In this document: one piece after another, positions 37,553 to 51,203 of the stretch
Layout: each line of letters begins with the position of its first letter
Position numbering within the stretch: position 1 is the first letter of the stretch
Assembly (NCBI GenBank): GCA_000165425.1
Contig: CT868651.1
Coordinates: forward strand, 62,001 to 126,000
DNA: 64,000 nt
From: Paramecium tetraurelia
Lineage: Eukaryota
Direction of reading: 5' to 3'
The notes under the pieces: generated by a model
What the model was told of the DNA's origin: nothing
What the model saw: only the letters and a program-made list of their open reading frames with translations
Databases searched by the model: none
Program-made: the position numbers and the translations under genes

Positions 37553-38061
37553 TTTCGGCTTATTTGAATTATAAATCAAAAATTTGTTATTGGTTTCTTA
37601 TAAATTGTTATTTAGTTATCTTTTAACTATTGCCAAACTAGATTGTTTCTATTTTTGCTTTATTTATATTGGATATAATTAAAAATTGATCAAATCATTG
37701 TTAAAAATTAAATAGAATCTAAAGAAATGTATTTTGAAAGTATCTATGTATTCACTAAAAATATAGTCAAAATATACATTCTCTATAAATTAATACCTTA
37801 TATTTAAATTTCCAGATTAGAGATGCATGAATTAACTGAATTAAAGTCTTTTTGAATAAAATCAAGATTTTTTAATAATAAAAATAATAAAATATTAGAA
37901 ACCGTCATTATTTAATTCTTGTTTTGTTGATGAATTAATGTTAGAATAAGTATAATTTAACAAATAAATATACTAAAAAATAACAGATATTCATTTTAAT
38001 CTTACATAAATATATTAAAATTACTGAATATCCAAAAAAATAAAAGTAATTTAATATAAAC

Positions 38062-39771
38062 TCAATTTTCTTGTTTAAGTACTAACAATGATTAAAAGTT
38101 GATTATATTTTAAACTATGGAGATCTTCTTTACTGAATTATCTTTAGTACGAATCATTTCTGGTATTTGTGTTATAATTATAATTTTGTCAATGTTCTAC
38201 AATAATGACAATATATAATACTTTAACGATGCCTTCAATTCTAGAACCTATTTATTCCTTAAATGCTTTTTCTCGTTTAAAGATGCTCTTGAATTACTTA
38301 CAAAACAATTCATTGTTCTCTATTAAGAGTGGAGCTAACATCAAAATGTGCAATACTCTTTTCACATTATTATTTAAGTTGATCTCAATTTTTAAGTGGA
38401 ATTACCCAGCTTTGAATATTTCCTTACTTCTTAAGCAATCAAGCATCATTTCGATATTTTAAGCATTACATTCTAAAATATCTTCACTAACTTAGTCTTT
38501 AATCTAAAATTTGGTTAGTGTTAATATCAAGCTATTTACTTCAATCAATTAATTGTTAAAATGTGAAAGTATTTTAACGATATCATTAACTAAACTTACT
38601 ACTAATCCTCTATTTTTATCACAAAGCAATACAATCAATTTCTTAAAATAGAATAAATTCTTACATTGCTGGTATCTGGCTTTTCTTTTTCACATAATTT
38701 TCTAAGTTTTTCTACATTTTCATTTAAATCTTGATTATAAATCAAATGATATTCGTGACTATTAAAAGCATAACTCTTTAGAATTAAATCGATCTATTTG
38801 TAGAGTGTTCCCTTAATGAACAACTCTAATTGATTAAATAGTTATTCATATTAACTCAATCTTGAATTCTCCTTTCTCGATAAGATCTGATCAAATTTAT
38901 AGAATTGACAACGATAGGGATTAATCTTCTTCACCTTTTGCTTAGAACTTGACCATAAGTTAATCGAAGTATTTTCATTATTCAATTGGTCATTGCTTTC
39001 GAATGTAAGTTGTTTTTGATTCTTTATTTTAAAATACGGTTGATATGTTTAATCATATTCATTAGTTTTGTTGTAAAATATGCAGAATGATCTAATCTTT
39101 TTTTTTTGGCAATAATATTGCTCCTAAATCAATTGCAAACTAAACTGCTTGTTTTTTGCTTAACCTTGAAGCACATAGTTTTACAGGTTGTTTGTCTGAT
39201 TCAACTTTTAATATTTTTCAAGTTCTCCATTTATGACTTTCAATTCTTCCTGCATTTAATATTAGACTTCATAGAGATCTGCATATTCTTATGATTATTA
39301 TTGATAGATTTATTAATCCATCTAATTAATTTTTTTGAATTCTGCAATCAAATATTCTCCCTCCAATATTTACATACTTTAGTGATTTGCATTAAAATCA
39401 CTTTATAATCGATTTAATATTTAATTTCTATCAGCCTATTGATTAATAAAGTGATCGAGCGAGCAATTCAAAATTGAATTCATATCCTCCATCACTTTTT
39501 ATTATTGCAATAAATCATTCTTCTGAATTTGATCATCAAGTTATCTACTCAAATTGACTAATTAATTCACTCTCCTCTGAGCTATACTCAATTCATCCTG
39601 CTCTTAAACTAATTCTATTTATATTCCTTTTTATTCCTTTTCAGTGCTTTTTTTTAAATATGTCTTTTATAGATCTTGATGATAACTGTTATGTAGAATT
39701 GACCTATCAAGCATATCTAATTTTTGAACTAAAGCTGCCCTTTTCGATGCATTTTTTCTAGCACTATCCAT
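38062..39771 (-). CDS. Uncharacterised coiled-coil protein (about 569 aa)
   Basis: Both ends read in the same code-6 frame (1710 nt, ATG 39771 to TGA 38062-38064); Q/E/K-rich. The middle was not fully traced. Confidence 0.65.
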
Positions 39772-40020
39772 TTTTATAATTTAATTTGAATTAGAATATA
39801 TAAAAATCTCATGAAATAAATCAAATAATATTAGAAATTAAATTCATAATCAGAAAGTATCACATTTGTTTGTAATAATCTTGATATTAGTATAAAGGGA
39901 ATGATTATTATTTACTAGATTCCCACACAGTAGGTTTTGATTGATAAATCTAGCTGTATTGATCTTATTATAAATTGAGCAAATTTGAAATAGTTTCTTA
40001 ATATTTTAGATTTAATTTTA

Positions 40021-41601
40021 ATGGAATCACCTGCTAATTAAAAATTAAAATCAAAAGAATCATTCTTTGTTGCTCCTCTTATTTATTTTCACATTATTAA
40101 TTATAGAAAATATAATAGTGTTGTTGTATCCATAAAGCATTTGCTAGAGATATCTTAACAATCAACTAACGATATAAGGAATCTGGTACGATTATCAAAT
40201 TGATCGAATCTCAATATCAAGTGGATCTAGAGTATTCAAAATACTACTTTCTACTTTCAACCTTACTAAATTGATTAAGATAAATATATAACAGTTGAGT
40301 ATGAACTATTGTTGGAATAGATAGGTTGAATTTTGAGTGTCCTAAAGATGTAAATTTGGAGTTCTCAATTACAAAAAAAAGAAAAACAACGCAAGATCTC
40401 AGGATGATTTGTTCTATGATAAATCCATTTACCTTTGATAGCAATGATAAATACTACATTATATTCAAATAAGAGATAGCCTTTTTACAGATTATTAATA
40501 TTTTATTAAGATAACAAAAACTAAAAACAAGCTATGTCCGAATCATTGTGGTAATTAATAATCAGGATATTGCCATGCAGAAACAGGAGGGTGTGCTTGT
40601 TCTTCATATTTTGTAGACTTGGATTGCTCTAAATAGGCTTAACGCTTATCTTTAGAACAACCACTTAAGAATATTGCAACACAAAAAAAGGAATATTTCT
40701 ATTTTTAAAAGGAGAAATTGATCTCCAACATAACCTTGAGTTTGGGTTTGATGAATTCCTAAAATCATGTATCTGACATCGAGGCTTTTATTTATATGAA
40801 ACCTTTCAATGTGGACTGGCAAACGAAGCATTTTTCAATTATTACATTTCTTTTCATGATCAATCCTCTCAATCTGTGTAAATAGAGATATCTCCATTGA
40901 TATACGACCAATATATTGAAAGATTCTAAAGATTATTGATCACTGTCACAAAATAAACACCTATTCTCATATTTATTTCAGCAAACACATCCTCCTTAGG
41001 TGTCAGTCACGAAATGGATTAAAATCTCGTCATTGTGTATGTACTAGTCTCAATAGCCATTTTGTTGTTGGTGGCTTGGATTATTATTATACTGATAAGA
41101 TTTAGAAAAAGTTCAAGAGTGCATGAAGAAACTAATACAATACCCAATTCACAAATCAATAGTAATAATAATTATAATAAGAGAAGGAATAAATCTAGTT
41201 TGAACCTAAATCTTCTAGATTAATACATGCCAAAATTATTATATTCTTAAATCTTAGAATTCCCAAAGTGTTAGGAATTAGAAGTTTAGGAAGCTTGTTT
41301 GGTTTGTTTATTGGAATATTAAAAAAATGCCATTTGTAGACTCACTCCTTGTCATCACATCTTCCATTCTGATTGCTTATATCAATGGGTAATGAAGTAT
41401 GAGAACTGTCCTTTGTGTAGAACTGCCTTGGATCAAAAGTCATTGAAAGAATTGTACAATAAAAATCTTAATCACACTTTTAATTTGTACAAACAAAAGG
41501 ACAAGCAACCTAATTAGAATGTTGTATTGCAAAGTCAGTTGTTCTCAAATGCTCAAACAGAACTAAGAATGATTGCTCATAATTCAAGCGATAATCAATG
41601 A
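40021..41601 (+). pseudogene. Disrupted EGF-like + TM + RING-H2 E3 ligase gene; 3' TM-RING part still intact
   Basis: EGF LCPNHCGNQQSGYCHAETGGCACSSYFVDLDCS; TM VYVLVSIAILLLVAWIIIILI; RING-H2 CLVCLLEY..CRLTPCHHIFHSDCLYQWVMKYENCPLC. In-frame TGAs at 40436 and 40445 and a 1-nt frameshift near 40790. Confidence 0.7.
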
Positions 41602-41658
41602 TTTAAAAATATATATATTTTATTAATTAATTTATTAAATATATATTATTTAAAATTG

Positions 41659-42039
41659 ATGGGTGATTTACCTAATTGGGAAATCAATGATCACAATGAA
41701 ATCTATATAATCAAAGCAGAGTCAATGAAGAAATCATATGAAGGCATTGTAAAAAAACTACAAAAGGAAAGAGTAAAATATGTCAAATAATAATAAACAT
41801 CCAATGAAGAACATTAATAAGAAAAACCCACCTCAGATCTCATTTAATAATTCTCCCTTCTTAAATCGGAATTTGTCTAGAGGTATCAGACCAAGGCCTC
41901 GATGCAGAGAGGGTAACTCAAGCTGAAGAAAAGAATAGAACTAGTCTAAGAGTAGCTAAAAGAATAAAGCAAAATACAATAATATTAGTAATAATAGCAA
42001 CAATAGTAATAATTAAACTAGTTTAGAAAAATGACTTGA
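41659..42039 (+). CDS. Small uncharacterised coiled-coil/poly-Q protein (126 aa)
   Basis: Intronless code-6 ORF MGDLPNWEIND..IQQYQQQQQQQQQLNQFRKMT*. Confidence 0.7.
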
Positions 42040-42072
42040 TTATTATGTAATTTTTTTAAGTAATCTAAACTA

Positions 42073-42726
42073 TCAATTTATATATTTCATGTGTATATGA
42101 GTTTGTGACCTTTGTCTAGAAGGTAAGGGTTAATTGAATTTTCTAACAGAAGAATAATTTTACTATTGGTTCTATTATTTTTATTGGCTTGTAGTCCTCT
42201 AATTATTTATTAAAGCTTAATTATTTTCCTTATTGTTGTTGTTAAGAATAGAGTTGTCTCTGTGACCTACCAAAGCTCTTACACTGATAACATCCTTGTG
42301 AGGCTACCCCTCGTTCATTATTTAGCTTTGTTGTAAATTTCGCGCTTTTTAATCTGACCCTTATTAGGTGGTTCCAGACTTTTGTAAATTATTCTAGGAA
42401 TGTTGTTAGGACTATTTAGATGAGTGCTTTGATATTGACTATATTTATTGATTGAGAGCGTCAAAATTTTATTTAATTTTTTGCAAGCTATCTAATTATT
42501 TCAGCAATTTGGTTAGTTCACTCTTTGATATTAAGTAGAAATCAAATTGATCAGTATTATGGACTGATCCTTAGAAATATCCTACTTTTTAGTCGAAAAT
42601 ATTGGTGCGATCAGTAAAAAAGGATTGTATATTGGGGATTGACATCTCCTCCGTTTTTAGATTGAGTGTATTTTATTCTTCTTGATTTGGACTAAATGAT
42701 AGATAGATTTGATCTATTGGTTCCAT
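42073..42726 (-). CDS. Uncharacterised protein (about 217 aa)
   Basis: Code-6 frame MEPIDQIYLSFSP..HIHMKYIN*, 654 nt. Confidence 0.65.
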
Positions 42727-42799
42727 TTGATATTTTCTAAAATCGATCTATTTCTCGTTATTATTCAGTTAAAACATTATTAAATATTTAATTAATAAA

Positions 42800-43084
42800 A
42801 TGAAAGTTATTGTTGATTTTGGTGGAGGACTGGATGTCTGTTTTGAAAACAAAAAGGAGATAACTTTGGAATTCGAAGAATAATAGATTAAAATGGCAGA
42901 TGTGATATTAAAGCTGAAAACAATATGCAATCCTAAGAAATTGGACTTCTTCTATACTCAACAACTGAGACCAGGAATACTGGTGCTAATAAATGATGCC
43001 GATTGGGAATTAGAGGACAAAGAAGAAGCCCAATTACAACACAATGATAGAGTTAGTTTCATATCCACATTACATGGTGGTTGA
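42800..43084 (+). CDS. URM1: Ubiquitin-related modifier 1
   Basis: [36 protein letters not shown]. Confidence 0.96.
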
Positions 43085-43144
43085 CTTACTGAATTTCATA
43101 TATATTATATTGAAATTCTTTATGATTTAAACAAAGATTTTAAT

Positions 43145-44373
43145 TCAGATTTTGATTTTGGTTTATGATTTCTTGGATCCGTAAATAAATCGATCCATTT
43201 TCTCATTTTTTTCCATCTATTGATTTAATTATTTTGTTAATGACAATTTCTCTTTTTAAAACAATTCATTTTCTTTTTAGTATATAGATATCTCTGATGA
43301 CAGATTCTTTATTTCTTTTTTGAGATTTTCACTTTCATCCTTACTTTGTGTGTATTTATTTCTAAAATTAATGAATCTATTACTTTAATTCCTCATATTG
43401 TTATTATTCATATTATAGTTTTTTAGACCATACAATTTCAATTTCCTTAAGTGTATTTTATAATTGTTAAATTTATTGTTGTAAAGATTAAATTTGTTCT
43501 ACCTTGGCTCCTAATTTCTGCTTAAATTCTTCAATTTATAAGGCACAATCATTCCTAATAATTGTGATGTTTTTTTCAAATTCCTATTGAGCTTCTTTCT
43601 TCAATTTAATCTACTAATTTTCAGCATCTATCAAAACTTACTCCTCCTAGAATTTTCTTCTTTCAATTTCAGCTCTTAATTGGGATATTGTCTGTTATGA
43701 TTCTTGTTGTTTTATTTAGTGGACATTTCTTTTAATTTAAATAATAGCAATACCTTAACTCATCTAATTTGGATTGAAGTGAATTATTGAATTGGGTTTC
43801 ACTATCGACTTAAGAGATATATTGAGCTATTTTGTCATCATAAGACTTTCTCAATTTGTTAATTTCATGAATCTGTTCCTCTTGCTTTTTAAATATTTCA
43901 TCTTGGGATTTGATTAATTAATCTCGCATCTTTGATAAATTTTCTTTATGTTTGTTTTCGATATTCTCGATATGTTGTTTCAATAAATTAATGGTGTTCT
44001 CTTATTCTTGCAATTTTATTTTGTATTTTAGTTCAATAGACTTAATTTAATTATTATTTAATTGTTCTTCATTATTGTTTAAATAATTAGCATTTTCTTC
44101 ATTCTTTTTAATTCTGGATCTTAAAATTGAACTCAAATGAGGAGTGGTTTCTTGTTATTTCTCTGGAGTCACTGACTTTGTTCTGTCCTCACTTATAACC
44201 ATCTAATCATATGGAATAATCTATTTTTAATGATCTTATTCAATATGCAAGGCAGAATCACAATGATAACATAATTTTATTGGTTCATTTTCATTGCAAT
44301 CGAAACATTTAATGGTCGCAGGTTTGATATTGCAATTGAAACATCTAACGAATTTCCTTTAATTTTGATTCAT
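43145..44373 (-). CDS. B-box zinc finger + coiled-coil protein
   Basis: CFNCNIKPATIKCFDC..LCYHCDSALH..H followed by long heptad repeats; introns of 25 and 22 nt restore the frame (394 codons). Confidence 0.82.
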
Positions 44374-44401
44374 TATATTTTTTATATATTAAAACAAAAA
44401 T

Positions 44402-45689
44402 TCAAAATATTGAACATTCAATCCCATTTTGATTAAACTCATCATCCTCATTTTCTTCTATTCTTGCTTAATGCTTCTCGAACTCATCAAATTTAAACTC
44501 TTGCAACTTTATACTATTCTATTTGGGTGTAAAAGAGGGTCCTGGTAAAATCTATTTATAGATAATAATGTATGAATAAATACCTCTGCTAATTTCTTAG
44601 TGACATCTTGATCTAGTTCTTTGGGGAACTCGATGTAAAATTACACATGTAAATCACCAAAATGAAGCTCATCCTTGAAAGTAGGTAAACCCTTCTCTTT
44701 TATAGTTAATATTTGATTTGGCTTTATTACTTTATCTGTTGTTATGTTAATGACTTTCTCATCCAAGGTTTCTAATTGAATATTAACACCAACTAAAGCT
44801 TCCTTCAGAGAAATGGTATGCTAATAGAATAGATCTGTTCCTTTTCGAATAAATTTTGGATGCTATTCAATTTCAAGATAAGCATGGACATCTCCAGTTT
44901 CATATCCAGGCTAATGTATTGAATTGAATTACTTTAGAATTGCCTTTGCCATATAATTTCACACAATAGCCATCAGGAACTCCCTTTTCAATTGGTATTT
45001 CAATCTCCACTACTCCTTCCACATTACCTTATCCTTTGCATGATTTGCATTCATCCTCCTTTGCTATTGCCTTACCCTTTCTAAAAATAATTCTAAAATA
45101 GATTATACCCTTTGCAATCAGGACAAGGCGCTTATTGCAGCATATTTATTCCAGGCTACACTTCCACCACCATTTAAACTATTTTATTTCCCTTGCATGA
45201 TGAACAAGTAACTGATTGCTTGCCTCCCTACCCTTAGCATTCTTCACAAGATCTTCTAATGTCATTTAAGGTCTTTTTATGGTATGCTCCCAAGGCGACG
45301 TCCTTAAGTGTAATTTTATGATTGAGCTTATGGGGTTCGCATTTTTTGAATTAAGGATTCTTGACATTGAGTTGTTTGAGCAATCCTTGTTTTCCGAATT
45401 TATCATAAATTTTCTTTTTTTCAGGATCTGACAACACTTCATTTGCCTTTTGAATCAGTTAGAACTTTTCTTAATTTCCTCCAGGTCTATCAGGATGATA
45501 TTTCTTGGCTAGTGTTTTATATGCTTATTTAACAGCAGGAATATCCGATTGAGGAGGAATTTCTAATATTTCATATAGTTCTTTATTATCTACATCTTGG
45601 GGTGGAAGTTGCTCCTCAAATTCATCTTCGAAATCATCATCATGATAAGCAAAGTGACCAAATGCTCCTGGAAAAGGAATTCCAAACAT
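44402..45689 (-). CDS. Type I DnaJ/Hsp40 (DNAJA/Ydj1-like) with CaaX
   Basis: J domain with HPD, four CxxCxG zinc repeats, DnaJ_C motifs (GDVHAYL, F.RKGTDL, ISLKEALVG, GDLHV), C-terminus CSIF*. Confidence 0.93.
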
Positions 45690-45751
45690 TAATTTGAAAA
45701 TAAAATTTATATATCTAGTTTGTTATAGATTTTTGTTTAAATTAATACATA

Positions 45752-47402
45752 TCAAAATTTATTATGGATTGCCATATAATTTTTTTATTTTTTAAAAGGA
45801 GAACTGGGTTTGCAAGGAGATCTTTCATTGGCCACAGGAGATCGAAATGATAATTCGTTATATTAACGAAGAATTGTATTGAATTGATTCCCCCTTATGT
45901 TTGAATCATTCACAAATCTCATTAACTCTATGAAGAGTTATTGCAATTTGACAGATTGGTTGAGTAATTGATCATACTTCAATTACCTCTTCATATCTAT
46001 TTGTTATAAGTAATTGAGTTGTTCTCTCATTTGGGTTAGTTAAACATCTATTGATGATCTCTAATTGTCACTCTGAAGTCTATCAAGCAACTCACTATTT
46101 TCTTTTATTACATCTTCGATATTCATGATCGTTATATTAATTTATAATAATTTAGTGTGGGAGTTTAAAAACAAAACAATCAGTAGTATTGTGGAATCCT
46201 GTCCTTAAATCCCAATTAGGATTTGGATATCTCTTTTATTTGGTTTTATTGATCTGACAACTTGGATCTCAGAAATTCGTTATCAGATTTATGATTTTTG
46301 TGATCCTCCAATTCGTGTCTCATATCGGTCAGCTAGCATATTTAATTATCAATTTACCTATTTATTCTATCGCCTAATCTCATTTTCCAATATTTGAATC
46401 CTTTCCTAATAATCCTCTATCTCCTCCTAATTACCAGGCTGACCCGCATTCATTAATTATTGTTTATAGTACATAATCTCTGATTTGGCTTATTCCAATT
46501 CCTACTGTAATTATTGATCATTGTTGTTTTACTAGCCATATCTCAACTGGATAACAAAAATAATGTACTTTCAAACGCAGAGTGTTGACTTCAGATTCCT
46601 TCTCTTACAACTAGGCTTTCAACATTTAATTCTCATTGCCTAATTGAGAATCCTGTTGAGAATATCTAAGTCTACCCATCAATTGATCCTTCTCCTATTG
46701 CAGTAAATAGATTTTTTATTTCAATTGATTAATTTCTTACGAATAGACATCGCCATTGTTTTTTCTTAATCTCCATTCTTGTACTTCCTATTCTCTGAGA
46801 ACAAGCAGACTCTTGGCTTAATCCAGTTCTATTATCTTTTCTTTGGAGAATTGATTCATCTAATCCAACTTGTCAGTTAAAACTAAAGCAATATGTTCAT
46901 TATCTGCTTTCAACTCCTAGATTTCATGAAAATGCTATTCTTTTAATTGGTCTATCTGTGAATTCAAGAAGTCTATTTCTTAGTTCTTATTGTTAATGGT
47001 TGACATAAATGATTCTCTCTCTTACTAAAACTATAATATTTTATTGTTCAATTCGGTTTAAGCAATAGTGTGTTGATTTTACAATTAAATTTCCTTCTGA
47101 GTCGCCTTTTGTAATTCTTATGCTAATTTGTCATAACGTTTCATTAAATCTTCCAAAAAGACTTTAAGTTCTGGCAATGATAATCCATTGAATTGATTTT
47201 AATCTTGTTATGGTTGTTGGGATTCATTGGGGAGGACTCGAATAATTTCTGTAGTGGGTACATGCTACTTAGGTTGGATGGGAATAACCTTTTAAGAGTA
47301 CATCGGTTGAGCAGGCTGAGAATATTGTGAGTGATTTACAACTGTTAAATAGGAAGGTTTTGGAGTATAAGATCTGGGGGGAATGTTGGAATAGGTTATC
47401 AT
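45752..47402 (-). CDS. Uncharacterised coiled-coil protein with Pro-rich N-terminus
   Basis: MITYSNIPPRSYTPKP.. followed by long Q/E-rich heptads; ends ..HNKF*; at least one short intron. Confidence 0.7.
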
Positions 47403-47657
47403 GAATGATTATCAGACTTTCTAATAAAATAAATATAATTATTTTGTCTGTATAAATATATATTCTTGTTTTGGATTACTTCATGAATCCAATCATTAAA
47501 CTAAGTTGTATATGTGAGACTAAAGGAGTTTCAGATTTTAATCGATCAGAACTCTGCATACCTTTGATAAATCTTTATTAATTGAAATATTGTTAGGTTT
47601 TTTACTAACAGCAAATTTAATTTAACAGATTCATAAAAGAATTCAAATAAAAATTAG

Positions 47658-49824
47658 ATGGAGGACAGAGTTTTGAGAACCAATTAAATAATTAACAGAG
47701 CGCAGGATTACTAAACCACAAAGTTAGGATCTTTAGGAGACAATCAATATTTGAAAAAAGAAAACTGGAGACAAATTGATCAACTAAACAAAAACGAATT
47801 TGGAAGTTATGAAAGATAAAAATAAAACTTGGACTCAAAGATTCATTAACAATCATTCAAATAAGTTTGTAATCGCTAAGTAGAGAAAGAGTTAAATAGT
47901 TATAATTCAAAACTTAAGGAATCATATTATTATGATTAAGCAAGACCTTAAACCGCTGTTTATTAGTCCAAAGAAGACAAGTAAGATCAAATACATTTTA
48001 AAACAGAAGATAGATAAAGAATAGAACAATAGTTAGCTCATTCCTCTGATAAATATTTATCAAAATAAAATGGATTGCCTTTTGGTAATAGAACTCCAAT
48101 GGATCCAAAAGCTAATTTCATTGCAAACACTCCTCAAGATAGAGCAATAAAAAATGCGTTTAAAAGCGAATACCAATATTCGAGTTTGAAGAGAGACAAT
48201 AAATTACCAGAATATTAAAGAATTTATCCTGAAACAACAACAGATAAAACTGCCTTGCGTGAATAAATTTATAGAACAGATTAAAAACAGACATAAGAAT
48301 AATCAAGTTTCTAAGATATCGAAAGAAGACTATAATAGAGGAGAGAATAAGTAGAGAAGATAGCAGGATAATAGGAGGGAAGACTTAATTATTATTCAAA
48401 ATCATAAGAATACTCCCAAAGATAATAAGGATTAGAGGGCAGCTAATTGAAAATGAAATAATTCTAAGAATAACTTAGAAATGAAGTATAGACTAGATTG
48501 AAAGAACAGTCTAATAAATAGTATAATATTAATGAAGATAAAAGACAATATGAAAGGGATTTTGAAAACAAATAAAAAAACAAAGAAATACTTGAATTGG
48601 ATTAATTCAAATACACCCAATTAGATGAGAAATTTAAATAAAATGAAAGGAAAAACATTTACAATTAAGATTATGGAGTAAATATTAGAAAGTCTAATGA
48701 ACAAACATCCACAAAGACAAATGATTCTAAATACTAACAAATATCAGACTATGGAAAATATCATTTTAGTTAAAAATAAGAATTTGATCTTAATCACGAT
48801 AAGGTGAAATTTGTTGATAGATCAATTTATCAAAATAAATCTGTAAATGAAGATGCTTGTGATCTAAGATATTAAGGAAGTCTCTCTAATGAATCCTATG
48901 ATAGACTACTTTATAAAGACAAGTTGTATTCTCAATCAAAAAAATAGCAATACCATGCTAAAAGAGAGTCTGATTAATCTCAAGAAATATAAAGAAAGCT
49001 TAACTTGTATGATAAGTTACAGCAATTTGACCAGGATAATAAAAAGAAATACTAAGATGGCCAAATATATTAAGCTTTGAAATAGGAAACTAAAACTTAT
49101 GATTTGAAGTAATCAGCCGAACCAAAAAATTATGGTTAATAGTATGATATTTAAAAGCATAATTAAATTTAAGAGAAAGTAGAGTTTAAAAGATCTCAAT
49201 TCTAACCTGAAGTAAATTAAGTTAAAGTAGAGTTGGAAAAAAAGTATGGATATTTGAAATCAGAATTGGCCCCATAAAAGTCAGAATTTGATAAAAAGAG
49301 GGTGTTTGAGAACAGGTTAAAACCAGAACCCATTTAAACTAAGAATGTTGGGGGTAGAGAGTATTTGGGATAAAAGTATTAATAAAGAGAATAATATCGT
49401 TATGGATAGAGACATAGTTATCATGAAGAATCCTCTAGCGCTGATGGTTTTGGGTTAGAAAAAGGAAATAAAAGAAATAATAATAGGGCTATTGATGATA
49501 TACTTCAAGGAACAGCATTAAGTAAATATATTGAAAGAGAGAAAAATCAAAATAAAATGGTAGATAGAGTTGGAAACAGCAAGATCAACTATTAGAAGTC
49601 TCCATTAAATGATAAAGAATAGTATTTAAACTAAGATAGATTGAATAAATTAAAAAGATAAATAGGAAATGATAGATATGCAATAAATGAATTTTAAAGA
49701 AGATAACCGTCAGATCAAAACTTACAAAAATGTAATTATATAGTTATTTTTAGATTATAGTGCTGGCGGTGGTTTAATAAGTTAGCAATTTGGAAACTAT
49801 GATAGAAAAGAAAGAAGAATTTGA
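47658..49824 (+). CDS. Large low-complexity Q/E/K/N-rich protein
   Basis: Code-6 reading from ATG 47658 with short introns near 47981 and 49732; TGA 49822-49824. Confidence 0.65.
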
Positions 49825-50236
49825 TATTGACAAATTTCATTTACATCCACTTTTTTACGAATATTATTAATATTACACTTTATTAATCAATGCCTTTAGG
49901 GATTGTTGACTAATAAGTTCTAATTTCTAAAACATTTGATTTTAAGCGAAAGTAAGTCTCAACTGTTAAAATCATTAGTAATACAATCAAATTAGATGAA
50001 TGAGATTCTCTACAGTATTAGTTTATGAAAGATGTATAATTGGCATTATTATTCATTAGATGACATAGATATTTATAAATGATTTTAGTAACTGAGGGAA
50101 ACGATAAGTTTTGTTCAAAAAAGATAAGTTATATTTTTTAATATTGTTTATCAATGTTATTACTATATTTAGTGAATTAATGATTTAACTTATTAATAAT
50201 AAATCACACAAAGAGCAAATTTATAGAATTCTATAA

Positions 50237-51203
50237 TCAATTAAGCATTAGAAGCTTCTTTAAACACCAGAGTCTACAAGTACAGTCTTCATTTTCATCA
50301 TAGAGATTGAGTAACAAATGTATTTTGATTTATTTAATTTATTCTGATGTGTGTGTTGAGTTGAGAATGCTCATTGCAGAATCGAATGTATCAAAAGTAC
50401 AATTTAAAGTAGATACTTCTCCATTGAATTTCAATTGGAAAGTTAATTCTAAAGATGATATGAAATGAATACTTGCATCTTCTTTTGTTTAAGATATTTG
50501 TGAGAGATCAGCATGATTGATTTCGTAAAGATTTTCAGTTTCTATTTCTGTCACAGTTTAATCAGTTGACTATGGTTTCATGAATTCGTTGAAGTCGTTT
50601 TCGATAGATTCAACTTCTGATTTGTCCTATTGTTCTTGTTCTATTCCTTCAATCTATTGAATTTGTTCTGGCTGTTATTCTTTTTGCTATAGCTTCTCTT
50701 TTTTTTTGTTAGAAACCATCTTCCTTTGATGAGGCTTCCTGGTTTGCTTTTATTCTTTCATAATATCTTATTTAATTATGGGCATAGCAGGTGGAATTTT
50801 ATCATAATAAAAGGACAGCAATTAAAACAGCTGAACAATTAATACAATAAGTTAGAAGTAAATTGTTATCATATTCATAGTTTTAGGCATGAATAAACTA
50901 GAGATAAATATAATATATTACTTCAAATTTTATATGATGACTGATGCTCCTACTAAAACGCCGTTACTCAAATACAATTTGTTGTTCTTATCTAATAGAG
51001 CAATCGAAGCAAGACCAGCAATTAAATTAATATACTAAAATAATGTTTATAATTACCTAATTTGATTAAAATATAGGAGTAAGTTTAGGATGTGACATCA
51101 TTTGATTAGAGTCCCAGAATTCTACGGGTTGATTCTCGTAAATTTAGAGCAAAGCATTTAGTGATAAGAATGAAACGATTGATCTGACAGCTGAAAGGTT
51201 CAT
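50237..51203 (-). CDS. Uncharacterised membrane protein (N-terminal TM helices, acidic C-terminal region)
   Basis: Hydrophobic segments (YINLIAGLASIALL, IYFQLIVLIVQLF); two introns; ends CTCRLWCLKKLLMLN*. Confidence 0.7.

Noticed and set aside
40436..40800. Selenocysteine read-through or programmed frameshifting in the EGF-RING gene
   Set aside because: The TGAs are not at evident Cys positions, there are several independent lesions, and I saw no SECIS-like element or Euplotes-type AAA-TAA shift site.
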